Assembly: GCA_004431415.1 (NCBI GenBank)
Contig: QPMI01000039.1
Location: forward strand, 248,001 to 312,000
Origin: Cyanophora paradoxa CCMP329
Taxonomy: Eukaryota > Plantae > Glaucophyta
DNA: 64,000 bases
Direction of reading: 5' to 3'
The position numbers and the translations under genes are program-made. Of the stretch, positions 34,714 through 45,269 are shown piece after piece (positions within the stretch are counted from its first letter, which is position 1; every line of letters begins with the position of its first letter). The notes under the pieces are model-generated. The model did not search any database and was not told the origin of the DNA. It saw only the letters and a list, made by a program, of their open reading frames with translations.

Positions 34714-34742
34714 AAACGTAACAAAACCTTTTTAAATCTTTT

Positions 34743-34919
34743 TCAATTTTCGCCCACAAAACTGCATTTCAAATGAATATATGTGCGTCTTTCTCTTTCA
34801 TATTATGTGCATTTCTTACATAGATATTCGTAACACAAAGCACAATCAGGCGAAGCATTGGAGATCGAATTTTCAGTAAAAAAGTGATCGTGTTTGCAAT
34901 AGAAACATTGGGTAGACAT
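34743..34919 (-). pseudogene. 58-codon zinc-finger ORF with one internal TAA (not in the ORF track)
   Basis: MSTQCFYCKHDHFFTENSISNASPDCALCYEYLCKKCT*YERERRTYIHLKC, colinear with the C-terminus of 19138/45270. Confidence 0.7.
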
Positions 34920-34958
34920 TCATAGGATTTAAAAGAAATCCGACAAGTAGTTATAACG

Positions 34959-35282
34959 ATGGGTAAGAGAAAAGCGAATGAATGGCGAACTGTATTTGTC
35001 GGTGCTAAAAGCGAACGCCCAATTGTTTCTATGGTCAATAAAACCGTCGGTGAATTAAAACAAACACCTTTTCAAAGAGCAAAAACCAATGAAATGTATG
35101 AAAGAATGGGAACCCGAAATTGTTGTATGATTTGTGGAGATACGGAAAAACTCAAACCGATGTCTCAGGGACTCCTTTGTGAATTCTGTTATAATTATCA
35201 AAAAGGTATGTCTTCGGAATCAGATGTAAGCATAAATAATCCTGCAAGTTTGATCCAATTTTTGCGAATGCAAGGGTTGTAA
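34959..35282 (+). CDS. Unique-core small zinc-finger protein
   Basis: CMICGD...LCEFC. Confidence 0.65.
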   Translation: MGKRKANEWRTVFVGAKSERPIVSMVNKTVGELKQTPFQRAKTNEMYERMGTRNCCMICGDTEKLKPMSQGLLCEFCYNYQKGMSSESDVSINNPASLIQFLRMQGL

Positions 35283-35549
35283 TCTGAATCAATCGGGAAA
35301 AGGGAAAGTGTAACACTGAATGGTTTATGTGTAGTTATGGTTTGGTGTTTTTTATGGATTCAATCGAGTATTTCTTGATTGTATCATCGGGTTGTGAAAG
35401 ATGTTAATTGTGAAAAACGTTATTTCTTGAATCATTCCACGACATAGACCAATACGAAAACCTACACGATTGTGTGAAGCAAAACTACACGTTCATGTGA
35501 AGGGTTGAAAAAAAGACCCATATTAAAGTGCGTTTGAAAGAGGGACATG

Positions 35550-36281
35550 TTATGAATTTGCGGTGTTCTCACGCGTTCGCATTCTCAATTGACCCGTAGA
35601 GATGAGATATTTAGTTTTGTTATAGAATGTCATTCTTTCAATCCAATCTTTCGAGTCGGGATTAAATGTTTTTAGCCAATTCTCGAAATCCCAAGGGGTT
35701 GTATGATTAAGACAATTGCACTCTTTCGCAGACACAGGGAATATTTTGCTACATTTCTTATCATTACACATACAGTTATTCATGTGTATGTCTGTTTCGT
35801 GTTCAGCTATGCATTTCTCAAAATAGGTAATCACATTATACGAATGGTCGTATTTTGGATCTTTCCCCTCTTTCATTAATTTCCTATCGCTCAGTGGTAT
35901 ATACTTTATTAAATGTCTCTGATCTGTGATAAGATCACAAGCGTCTACATTGCCGCAGTCCTCCTTAGCGAACCAAATCTTACATATCACTTTCTTTAAA
36001 ACGGGTTTCTTCTTCTTACCATGGAAAGTCTCCCAATTCATATAAGTGTGATCTTGTTTACAGAGAGGACAACTTACCCATGATTTCGATAGAGAAAGAT
36101 TGATTAGGAAAGCGTCATCTGAATCACAAAACGGTTTGCCTTTACAGATTGGTAGGAGATCGTAGCGTGATACATTCGCTTTATCCCAATCATCAAAACA
36201 CTTCTTACAGAATTTGTGACCGCATTCGAGTTTGGTAACCTTCTTTGGGTTCAGCTTGTTCAAACAAATGACACAATCCAT
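35550..36281 (-). CDS. N-terminal C3HC4 RING protein, allele B
   Basis: Mirror of 33390 with five amino-acid differences. Confidence 0.82.
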   Translation of the reverse strand: MDCVICLNKLNPKKVTKLECGHKFCKKCFDDWDKANVSRYDLLPICKGKPFCDSDDAFLINLSLSKSWVSCPLCKQDHTYMNWETFHGKKKKPVLKKVICKIWFAKEDCGNVDACDLITDQRHLIKYIPLSDRKLMKEGKDPKYDHSYNVITYFEKCIAEHETDIHMNNCMCNDKKCSKIFPVSAKECNCLNHTTPWDFENWLKTFNPDSKDWIERMTFYNKTKYLISTGQLRMRTRENTANS

Positions 36282-36330
36282 CTCTGATGATTCGTTTTAT
36301 TATAAGAGTTAAGACGTCTTTAAATGCTTT

Positions 36331-36672
36331 TTAAGAACAGGTTACACATTGTGATATTCTACGTTTTGCTAATTTGTCTTGGAGACGCTCCCTTATAGAA
36401 CCTGTGACTGTTTTATGATTCTTTGAGTTATCTGCATCAAATGATAAAAGCATTGTTTGGAAATGGTCTTTTAACAATTGGTTTCTTGATGGATTACATA
36501 ATTTGGTGTTACCATAAGCGATTTGGGTAAATTCTTTACAGAAGTCTTCGAATTTATCCATACATCTGTTTTCTGGATTCTCAAAAAACCGCATAGAAAA
36601 ATGAATAGCTTCATGCTCTCTGATAGTAAAGAATCGCTTCATTATCAAATGTTCTTTCGTATCTATTAACAA
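36331..36672 (-). CDS. Hypothetical protein (mirror of 32999)
   Basis: Identical translation. Confidence 0.68.
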   Translation of the reverse strand: MLIDTKEHLIMKRFFTIREHEAIHFSMRFFENPENRCMDKFEDFCKEFTQIAYGNTKLCNPSRNQLLKDHFQTMLLSFDADNSKNHKTVTGSIRERLQDKLAKRRISQCVTCS

Positions 36673-36705
36673 TGTGTTATATATGTTTTTTTCTTGTAAA
36701 GCGTG

Positions 36706-36957
36706 TTAGATTCTTTGAATTTTGACCTTAACACCTTTTGGCACCTGAATAGTGATACTTTCTGATGGTTCGACCTTTGATGATTCTACACGTCGCTTTT
36801 TCTTGAATAAATCCGGGTAAGTTCTCTCATAGTATTCTTGAATTCCTTGTAAGTCCATTTTGCGAGCAAGAGGTTTAATTTCTTCCGGAAGGTCTTTAAT
36901 GAGATATTCACCCATGTCGATGCGTTCGGGGAGTTTGCAAGTCATCTTAATTGTCAA
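36706..36957 (-). CDS. Hypothetical protein (mirror of 32714)
   Basis: Identical translation. Confidence 0.6.
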   Translation of the reverse strand: MTIKMTCKLPERIDMGEYLIKDLPEEIKPLARKMDLQGIQEYYERTYPDLFKKKRRVESSKVEPSESITIQVPKGVKVKIQRI

Positions 36958-37449
36958 ATGAATATATCACCACAACCTTATATGTATTTAACATGTCATT
37001 TTTTTCAGATTTTACGATGTCTTACCTACATTTTAATAACGGCGACAATGAGAAAAATAAGAAACAAATGATAATTATGTATATATAAGAAGGTTACAGA
37101 GGTTACGAATGAAAAAAGAAAGGTTACCTTAAAAAATACAAAAAAGAGACCATAAACTCTATCAGGATACGAAAGTCACGAGGTTACGCATGTTTTATAC
37201 CTTCACCTAAAAAAAGACCCCCCCAGGAGTTCTCTCAGAAAGAATTTGAAAAGTTAAGTAACCGCAACTCACGCCAGCTGATAATACAGAGATTAGGGAT
37301 TTCCACACTGAAAAAGGTAAGAGAGAAACGGGAACGCAAAGCAACCACTAAATGTAACTCGCATTTGATCGTAGTAACCTTCAATTAAGAACCAATCTTA
37401 TGGTTCATAATGATAAAAAAGATATGAATAGTATATTTTCCAAACGGTT

Positions 37450-40440
37450 TTACTCTACATCTTCGTCGTCGTCTTCGAAATCATTAGCGTGAACTTTTGT
37501 GAGATTGAGATAGACACGCTTTGATTTCCCACCTATCTTTTTAACTGTTGAGCCAATCTTAAACACCTCCATCACCTTATTGCTTACAGCGCGTCCCGTT
37601 ATTTGCGTTCTTCTATCGACATCACGCATGGTATTGGCGCAATCCTTAAACAGATCATCGCAAATTATGTATTTCGTGCTATCATTTGCCAAAGCGTAGT
37701 TATCCCTTAGGAATGTGCCGATGCGGTCGCTATCGGCAAGATAATTAGCGGAATGTTCAAGGATGCATTTAGGTGGATGGTCGAGAATATGCTTGACATC
37801 ATGATTTTTAAGCATATCTATGAGAATCTCCATGTTTGCCCTGCGCCATTCACCGTTTACGTCATTCTCGGGATTCAGCAAGCCAATAAGGTCTTTGTCC
37901 GCTTTCTTCTGTCCAGGCTTGGGTTCAACGGCATAAATCTGCTGAAACGGAACAGAACGGAAACGGCGAGCTATCGCGTTATCGGGCTGGTCCAATTCAA
38001 GATTGTTATTACAAAGAATGATGATAACAAACATCGGATTAAATGAAATGGGTTCTTTGAAAAGGGTTCGTGTCGTAATCTCATCACCACCTGTGAAATT
38101 CTTGATTTGTCCAGCCAACAGTTTGCTGCCCGTGTTTGGTTCGTTTGTATGGACGAGCCTAACACCTTGCTTATTCGCAAGTTCCGGAATCATTCCATTA
38201 CCTTTATCCTCCTTTGTGAAAATCCCAATGCTCATATTTCGCGAGTAATCGCCAAATGTCTTATGCATGAAATTTTCGCTTACGCTCTTTCCGTTCGAGC
38301 CGATACCCGTAAACATGTAGAAAAACTGCATGTTATTTTGACCTGTAAGAGACTTGGCATAAACGGCCTTAATGTATCTTGCGAGCTCCTCCCTGTCACC
38401 TGTGATATCTATATAGAAGTCATTGAGTCGTTCGACCTTCTTAGGATCCACAGGAGTGTTATAATTATAACCGACCGTCTTAGTCATCATATCAGAAGAC
38501 CGACCATTACGGAACTCAAATGTGTTCAAATCATAAACCCCATCGTTAAAGCCGACAATATTTGGGACTGAATCCAACCTATCAGCGAAGGTCTCATCGT
38601 AAAGGTAATCAGAGAGATATGGAAGAAGTCCCTTTGCGTATCCTCCACTGTTAAGTTTCGCTGCAATTTTCGCACAGGCGGCTGCCCTTGCGGCAAACTC
38701 TTTTTTATCGCTCTGATCCTCCGCCTTTGCTGCCTTGCATGTCCAATAGTTACCACGGTCTAAGTATGCTTTCCCGACCACCTCACCGATAAGTCTTATC
38801 ATACCACCATCGTATGCATTGTCTACCTTCCAAAATCCGGTTTTCTCATTCAGGATCAACCACAGACCGCGCGAAAACCGCACTTTGTAGCCAATTAATG
38901 CTTTACAGATCTTGCTAACAGGAAGTTGGAGACCTTGACTTAATAGCGTCTTATCCATCTCTAATTTGATTTGAGCCATCTTATCATTCATGGCGCTAAC
39001 ATCGGAATAGTCATTCTCATCCATACACGCCTCCTCATCGATAAATGCAAACTGTCGGCTTCGTTTAAACAGTTCGTAATACTTGTCCGGGTTATCCTCT
39101 TTCAGATAATGCACAAGTGACCCGAAAGTTATACTTTTGTTTTCAGAACCGGATTTTTTGCCTTTGCGGATACTCATCCATTTGCTCGCGGTTTCGTCGT
39201 AATCATACTTCGGGCTTTTCTCTGAGTATTCGTGAAACAGCGCCTCCTGTTTCGTGGGTGGTATCTTGTTTTCCTCTCCAACATTTGCGATTGCGAAACC
39301 AACATTAAGCCAACCTTCGTATGTATCCGATCTTTCAGCACTGAGACCCATCACGACTTCTCTCAGTTTCTCAAATGAAACGTTATTGGACTCCTCCGGC
39401 TGCTCTTCACTCTCCGTTTTCTTTGTTGTTTTTTTGCTTGTCGTCGCCGTCTCCTTCTTGGTTGTCTTGGTCGTCTCCTTCTTGGTCGTGGTTGCGGTCT
39501 CCTTCTTGGTTTCAGTCTTGCCTTCCTCCTTCATCTGCTCTTCTGCAACTTTCGCCTTTGCCGACCGTTCGTTTTTCTCATCTTGGGTTAGGTTAGCATC
39601 AAACATATACATGTTTGATTCATCGATAAGCACAGTGGGGCAATCGGTGAATTGCGCGAAAAAGTCGCTGTCATACATGCTTTCGCAATCCACAAACTTG
39701 GTAAATACTACATCCTTATCAACATCGCGTTTAGTTTTGTTTTGGGAATCCAACCATTTACCCTTGCAACTACCCAGACAAACAAGCGCCTGCCTTGTCT
39801 TATAAACGAGCGGGTCATAATCGACATTTGGCGTAAGTCCGATTACATTTAAGAATTTCGGGATGTCTTCATGACGACAGCACAGATCGGTAAAGACGAA
39901 ATGCCCCGATACCTTAAATTGGGTCACTTCTTCCTTAACGAAATAAACAGAACGATGACGCACAGAAACAGCAATGGTAGCACCGGTGAGTTCGTGTAGT
40001 CTCTTGCGCATTTCACGGATGAATTCATCGGCTTCCTTGTAGTTATCGGCAACATTCGGTTTAAGATCCACGTAACCGTCATAATCCAGATAGACACGGG
40101 TGATTTCGTTCGGCTGAATGCATTCGGCGTAGGTCGGTTTTTTGCCTTTCTTCAAATCATCATTAATCCTTTCCGTAATCTGATGGTCGAAATACTCCAT
40201 GACAGTCTCGCTGTCAGTATTCGGAGTGAGACAATGGAGGAAAGAACCCCAATTATGTTTCTCACCTGTAAATTTGCGTAGGTCACCGAGTCTCTCACAG
40301 GGAGTTGCGATTTTCGTGTTAGCGTTCATTTTCAGCGATTGGTTCTTACCTTTCTCAGAGAAATTAATATGAAGATTTCTGAATCCCATTACCTTATCTA
40401 TTTGCTTCTTCCTTAAATGCTTTTCGGTTGCCCACGGCAC
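37450..40440 (-). CDS. AEP primase-polymerase / PriCT-2 / D5-like SF3 helicase with C-terminal winged helix (intact)
   Basis: 996-aa ORF; AEP DxD, SxH and D motifs; KKETATTT linker; Walker A GIGSNGKS, HTNEP, ILCNN, AIARRF; true start may be a downstream ATG. Confidence 0.94.
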   Translation of the reverse strand: MPWATEKHLRKKQIDKVMGFRNLHINFSEKGKNQSLKMNANTKIATPCERLGDLRKFTGEKHNWGSFLHCLTPNTDSETVMEYFDHQITERINDDLKKGKKPTYAECIQPNEITRVYLDYDGYVDLKPNVADNYKEADEFIREMRKRLHELTGATIAVSVRHRSVYFVKEEVTQFKVSGHFVFTDLCCRHEDIPKFLNVIGLTPNVDYDPLVYKTRQALVCLGSCKGKWLDSQNKTKRDVDKDVVFTKFVDCESMYDSDFFAQFTDCPTVLIDESNMYMFDANLTQDEKNERSAKAKVAEEQMKEEGKTETKKETATTTKKETTKTTKKETATTSKKTTKKTESEEQPEESNNVSFEKLREVVMGLSAERSDTYEGWLNVGFAIANVGEENKIPPTKQEALFHEYSEKSPKYDYDETASKWMSIRKGKKSGSENKSITFGSLVHYLKEDNPDKYYELFKRSRQFAFIDEEACMDENDYSDVSAMNDKMAQIKLEMDKTLLSQGLQLPVSKICKALIGYKVRFSRGLWLILNEKTGFWKVDNAYDGGMIRLIGEVVGKAYLDRGNYWTCKAAKAEDQSDKKEFAARAAACAKIAAKLNSGGYAKGLLPYLSDYLYDETFADRLDSVPNIVGFNDGVYDLNTFEFRNGRSSDMMTKTVGYNYNTPVDPKKVERLNDFYIDITGDREELARYIKAVYAKSLTGQNNMQFFYMFTGIGSNGKSVSENFMHKTFGDYSRNMSIGIFTKEDKGNGMIPELANKQGVRLVHTNEPNTGSKLLAGQIKNFTGGDEITTRTLFKEPISFNPMFVIIILCNNNLELDQPDNAIARRFRSVPFQQIYAVEPKPGQKKADKDLIGLLNPENDVNGEWRRANMEILIDMLKNHDVKHILDHPPKCILEHSANYLADSDRIGTFLRDNYALANDSTKYIICDDLFKDCANTMRDVDRRTQITGRAVSNKVMEVFKIGSTVKKIGGKSKRVYLNLTKVHANDFEDDDEDVE

Positions 40441-40505
40441 TTTAATGATTTGCCTTAGGTTATAAAAAAGAGAAAGTAAAGCGTCATTTTTTCACCTCTT
40501 ATTGA

Positions 40506-40934
40506 TCAATTCGCTACGATGTTTTCCAATGATACATCTGGATTATAAGCATTGTATTTACGGGGTCTCCCGTTCTTCTTCTCTGTCTGTTGCTTATTAG
40601 AAACATTTCCATTGCGTTTCCGTTCCCGATAGTTACGTGTCAACTCTTTCCTTTTGTTTCTAAACTCTTCATCCTCCGCATATCGACGCTGTCTATACAA
40701 AGCCATCTTTTCCAAAACTTCCGGCGGATTAATCGTTTCCTCACCATTTGCAAGTCTCTGTTGTTTCATCTCCTGATACTTAATACGCTTCCTCTCCGCA
40801 TCTTTTGCTCTTCTAATTCTTGCCTTTTCTTCCCGTTCTTCCTCTGTTAATGTCGTTTTCTTTTCAACCTGTGGGACAGGTTCGCCTTTCTGAATAGCGA
40901 TAAGCTCTTGGTTTGATTTCCGAGTATTCACCAT
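40506..40934 (-). CDS. RKSNQ-family basic protein (mirror of 28738)
   Basis: Identical translation. Confidence 0.7.
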   Translation of the reverse strand: MVNTRKSNQELIAIQKGEPVPQVEKKTTLTEEEREEKARIRRAKDAERKRIKYQEMKQQRLANGEETINPPEVLEKMALYRQRRYAEDEEFRNKRKELTRNYRERKRNGNVSNKQQTEKKNGRPRKYNAYNPDVSLENIVAN

Positions 40935-41088
40935 TATTCCTCTATAAATGGGAGAGATTAAATTCCTTTCACTTATCTTACTTCCCAAATCCTTATATAC
41001 TTTATGGATGTTTGGAAAGCGTCAATTTTTGGACATCATTCATCAAACATGTAACAAAAATTGTAACGTGTAACTATAAAATTGTAAC

Positions 41089-41370
41089 ATGGATGAAGAC
41101 GAATACATTGAAATTGTTATGGACGAAACTCCTGAGTATCAATATACCATGTCAGATGTGGAAGCATATTTAATGGATAGTTACAGGGTATGTTATGACA
41201 GTGATTATACACCTTCTGATTACATCCATGCTGAAATACAAGACCTTGTAGACTTTCCAATTTCAAAAACAGCGGTCGGAATTATGATTAAGCGCATTTT
41301 TGGGATTAAATCCCATGTTGTGAGACTTGGTGGAGTTCTGAAAAGAGTGTTTTATATCGTAAAATCCTAA
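41089..41370 (+). CDS. Stand-alone winged-helix protein (mirror of 28302)
   Basis: Identical; preceded by four TGTAAC repeats. Confidence 0.68.
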   Translation: MDEDEYIEIVMDETPEYQYTMSDVEAYLMDSYRVCYDSDYTPSDYIHAEIQDLVDFPISKTAVGIMIKRIFGIKSHVVRLGGVLKRVFYIVKS

Positions 41371-41410
41371 GGGAATAAAAGAAATTGTAACAAAGAGTAG
41401 CACAGCCAAA

Positions 41411-41946
41411 ATGAATCTAACCGAAATATTGAGTTTTATAGAATCGATTTCGCCATATCCCGTAGTCAATGCAACAGATAAGATGAATGATAAGAATTAT
41501 ACGAAATTTCTAACGAAAGCAAACAAGAAACAGATTATATACTTGATTCAACAGAACCGAAAGAATAAAGGTGTATTCGATGCATGGAAAGCAAGGGCAG
41601 GATACAATGCTCTTCAACCTATTCGTTTTGCATTCTCATATAAACAACGCTACATGTTGGTCCATATCTTGATATTGAGAACACCAAATGGTTCGTAGAT
41701 ATCATTATTAAGTCATTCACAAGAGATAACTTTGAAAGTCCGAATGAAACATGTCCTATCTGTCTTGAAAAGATTGACACTAACATTAATAATAAAGCGT
41801 GTATCGTTTGCAATACTCGTTATTGTCCTAATTGTTACTTCTCTTTACTTGAATCACATGAATCATTTAAGTGTTCAGTTTGTAGAACTAAACTACTTTT
41901 TGATGGAATAGAAGCATCAGACCCTAAGTCATATGCAAATGAATAA
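41411..41946 (+). CDS. RING-finger protein (mirror copy, 1-bp frameshift at ~41662)
   Basis: CC versus CCC relative to the left-arm copies. Confidence 0.75.
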
Positions 41947-42323
41947 AAGAGAACAGTTGGATTATTGAAGAAGGTTACAGATGTTACGAATGAAAAAAGA
42001 AAAGTTACCTTAAAAAATACAAAAAAGAGACCATAAACTCTATCAGGATACGAAAGTCACGAGGTTACGCATGTTTTATACCTTCACCTATAAAAAAGAC
42101 CCCAGGAGTTCTCTCAGAAAGAATTTGAAAAGTTAGGTAACCGCAACTCGCAGTAACAAAATAGCAGAGTTTTTGATTGTTTCAACTCTGAAAATGGTCT
42201 TATCAACCAAAAACCCTTAAAGTAACCCATCATTCAACCATCAGTAACCTGTTATTGAAAGGCAGGTTTAAAAAAGAGAAGTAATACAGTAATTCACGTA
42301 ATTATTGTTTTTTGGAAATAATC

Positions 42324-42644
42324 CTAAATTAAACCGAGAAGATAACTTAGAACTATCGCCTCGTTTCGCTTGTCAATCTTCTTTCTTAGTTTCAACTGTA
42401 AGCGGTTACCGCTATGTCTAACATCGTGGTCAAAACTCTCAAATGTTTTTGTCATTGAGGAGATAGCTTTCTCTTCAAGTATACGTTTTAATTTAGACGG
42501 TATCTGACTTGGTTTATATCCTTCACACCTTGCTCGTGCTTCAAATGTTTTCTTCAATATCTCATCTCGTTTTTCTGAGTAAAGGTCTGTAAAATCAACA
42601 CCCAATTCGTGAAGGTGAGCAGAGAAATTTGCACACGCCGTCAT
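42324..42644 (-). CDS. Hypothetical protein (mirror of 22264)
   Basis: Identical translation. Confidence 0.65.
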   Translation of the reverse strand: MTACANFSAHLHELGVDFTDLYSEKRDEILKKTFEARARCEGYKPSQIPSKLKRILEEKAISSMTKTFESFDHDVRHSGNRLQLKLRKKIDKRNEAIVLSYLLGLI

Positions 42645-42752
42645 TGAATCCTACCTCTCCTGTAACGCGTCATTTTTAAGTCTTTTTTCTTTCTGCTACA
42701 CGCTTTTCACACACCATGAAGACAAAAAAACATGGAATACAAAAACGAACTT

Positions 42753-43076
42753 TTAGTTTTCTTCATTAACACATTTAGTGCTTCTCTTATTTTTCTGATA
42801 TTCTCGTGATCTCTCACGAACTCGAATGCGAAACTCTTCGTCTTCCCAGTATCGTTGCATTTGGTATCGGCTACTATTTGCGATTCTATTCGGAGGCGTG
42901 ATAGTTGGCTCGCCATCTTCGATTCGTTTTTGTTTGACCTTTTCGTTATATTTGCGATTATATTCTCTATGCTTTTCACGTCTCAAAAGGAGTATTTCAG
43001 GTGTCACCTTGCAAGGCATAATATAAACTTCACCTCTCTGTTCCGCCATCAATTGCTGATTCGATTTACGAGGCAT
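42753..43076 (-). CDS. RKSNQ-family basic protein (mirror of 21832)
   Basis: Identical translation. Confidence 0.7.
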   Translation of the reverse strand: MPRKSNQQLMAEQRGEVYIMPCKVTPEILLLRREKHREYNRKYNEKVKQKRIEDGEPTITPPNRIANSSRYQMQRYWEDEEFRIRVRERSREYQKNKRSTKCVNEEN

Positions 43077-43180
43077 TGTAGTTTCACTTTCATATATATA
43101 TACGTTTCATCCTTAAATCTATAAGATACTTCTACGATGATTTAAGAAGAAAGCGACATTGATTATAAAAGAATCATAAT

Positions 43181-43486
43181 ATGAATATTCTGTATATCGG
43201 ATCAACACCTGAGTTGGTTGATTACAAGACATACAAGATCGGGTTATCATCAACCGATTCAGTAAATGATGTTATTAATAAGCAATCATCGAAGGCGTTT
43301 TCAATCTATGGGTGGTTCAAATGTAGCAACCCACGTTTAGTAAAGAAGCATCTATGCGATCTTTATGAGCATGAAGGCGATTTCTTTATTTTTGAGTCAT
43401 TGGAAGCCGCACGATCATGTATAGAACTCATTATAAAGACGTGGTTAAATGATCAATACGATAAAGAAGGGAATTTAATACTCTAA
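43181..43486 (+). CDS. Stand-alone T5orf172-like protein (mirror)
   Basis: Identical translation. Confidence 0.72.
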   Translation: MNILYIGSTPELVDYKTYKIGLSSTDSVNDVINKQSSKAFSIYGWFKCSNPRLVKKHLCDLYEHEGDFFIFESLEAARSCIELIIKTWLNDQYDKEGNLIL

Positions 43487-43575
43487 AAAGAGACACTGTG
43501 AAGTGTGTTTGAGATCATTTCCCAAAGAAAACCACTTAAAGATAAGACAAGTCACATATATAAGTAAGCGACATA

Positions 43576-44652
43576 ATGGCGATTTACATTGGATCAGTTC
43601 CGGAATTTCAAGCGATTAATAAGTATAAAATTGGTGTCTCAACTGTTTCGGTAAGTAATCTCATTTCTCAATACTCACGAGCTTTACCCAACTTTTCCAT
43701 TTATGAGTGGATCTATTGTAGCAATCCGCGCTTAATCGAGAAGTTATGTAAGAAAGAGTTCGAGAGTTTTGAAGGCGAATACTATAAATTGGATTCGTTG
43801 CGATCAGCAAAAGGGAGAATTCGTCAATTGATCAAACAGCATCTGAATGAGGGAACTGATGAGGAGGATATCAACTGGAATGAGATTATAGATGAATACC
43901 TCGAAAACAACTATGTTTTAACCGGAGATTCGAGCAAATACACTCCTCAATATATGCTACTTGATGATGTTTTCGCAATGTTAAAGGAAACAAAGAAAAT
44001 GAATAATCTCGATGAGTCCGATATTCTCTATCGAGTTCGTCAAGTATTCAATGGCTTAAATCCAACTTCTCAGATGTTTTACGATGAGATGCTCTATGTT
44101 TTCAAAGGTCTCGTTAAATCACAAGGAGATATCACAGTTGAAGATGATGAACCAACAGGTGATGATAGCTCAAAGTTCAAAACCTTGTTTGATTTCACAT
44201 GGGATTCTCGGGATGTTTTAACATCGAGAGAGGTTATTGAGTATTGCAGAGATCGTGGTTTGGTTATGTCCTCTAACCAGATTAAAAGCATTATGATGTC
44301 GTTAGGTGCTACTTATACGAGAAACGCTGTAAGGAAGGGAAAAACAAGAACTTACGAGCGTGGTTATTCAAAAGTTAAATTTCGTTTAGATAGAGACACC
44401 GAAACAATCGTGTGTGATTTTATCAACAAACGATACACATTGTCAGGAAAACCAGATGATAAACTTTATTGTCATGAAGTTTTCAATGATTGGCTGAATT
44501 ACATTAAGAATGATCACCTAAGCGACCATGTCGAAAAACGGGATATCGCATATTTGATCAGGAAGATTTTCAAGATTGAGTTAATTAAAAGACAGTATCA
44601 AGGCGAAACTATCACAGAATTTCTCGGTTTAATGAAAAAAAGCCACAAATAG
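43576..44652 (+). CDS. T5orf172 domain plus three winged-helix-like repeats (mirror)
   Basis: Intact 358-aa ORF. Confidence 0.78.
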   Translation: MAIYIGSVPEFQAINKYKIGVSTVSVSNLISQYSRALPNFSIYEWIYCSNPRLIEKLCKKEFESFEGEYYKLDSLRSAKGRIRQLIKQHLNEGTDEEDINWNEIIDEYLENNYVLTGDSSKYTPQYMLLDDVFAMLKETKKMNNLDESDILYRVRQVFNGLNPTSQMFYDEMLYVFKGLVKSQGDITVEDDEPTGDDSSKFKTLFDFTWDSRDVLTSREVIEYCRDRGLVMSSNQIKSIMMSLGATYTRNAVRKGKTRTYERGYSKVKFRLDRDTETIVCDFINKRYTLSGKPDDKLYCHEVFNDWLNYIKNDHLSDHVEKRDIAYLIRKIFKIELIKRQYQGETITEFLGLMKKSHK

Positions 44653-45269
44653 ACAAATCATAATCAATGTGTTATTTTTCAAAAAACCCATTTTTGACAA
44701 ATCATGGTTTTGTAATGATTATTCGACCTCTAATTAAACTACAATAGAGAAAATCATACCATGTAATATATTGAAAATCTCATATACGATTCTCTGGATT
44801 CCACATTTTGAAGACGAGTATGATTAACAATAAAATAAATGAAGATATATAATTGTATTTATAAGAAGGTTACAGATGTTACGAATGAAAAAAATAAAAG
44901 TTACCTTAAAAAATACAAAAAAGAGACCATAAACTCTATCAGGATACGAAAGTCACGAGGTTACGCAAGTTTTATACCTTCACCTATAAAAAAGACCCCC
45001 CAGGGGTTCTCTCAGAAAGAATCTGAAAAGTAAAGTAACCTCAAATTGCAGTAACAAAATAGCAATAATCCACCTTTTTCAACTCTGGAAATGGTCTTAT
45101 CATCCAAAAACACTCAAAGTAACCCATCTTCAACCTTTTTGTAACCTTTATTTATCGGTATATACCCTATACAAATCTATGATCAAATATCGAGAACCCA
45201 AACCATTTCCATCATGCAATTCAAAAATGACAATATTTAAGACGTTCTGCATATCAATCTGTAAAAACG

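Noticed and set aside
4920-41670. Programmed frameshifts or pseudogenisation at ~4926, 15424, 20697, 23606, 26827, 29898 and 41662
   Set aside because: All are single-base losses in short G/C runs, and where sister copies exist they are intact; most likely long-read homopolymer errors
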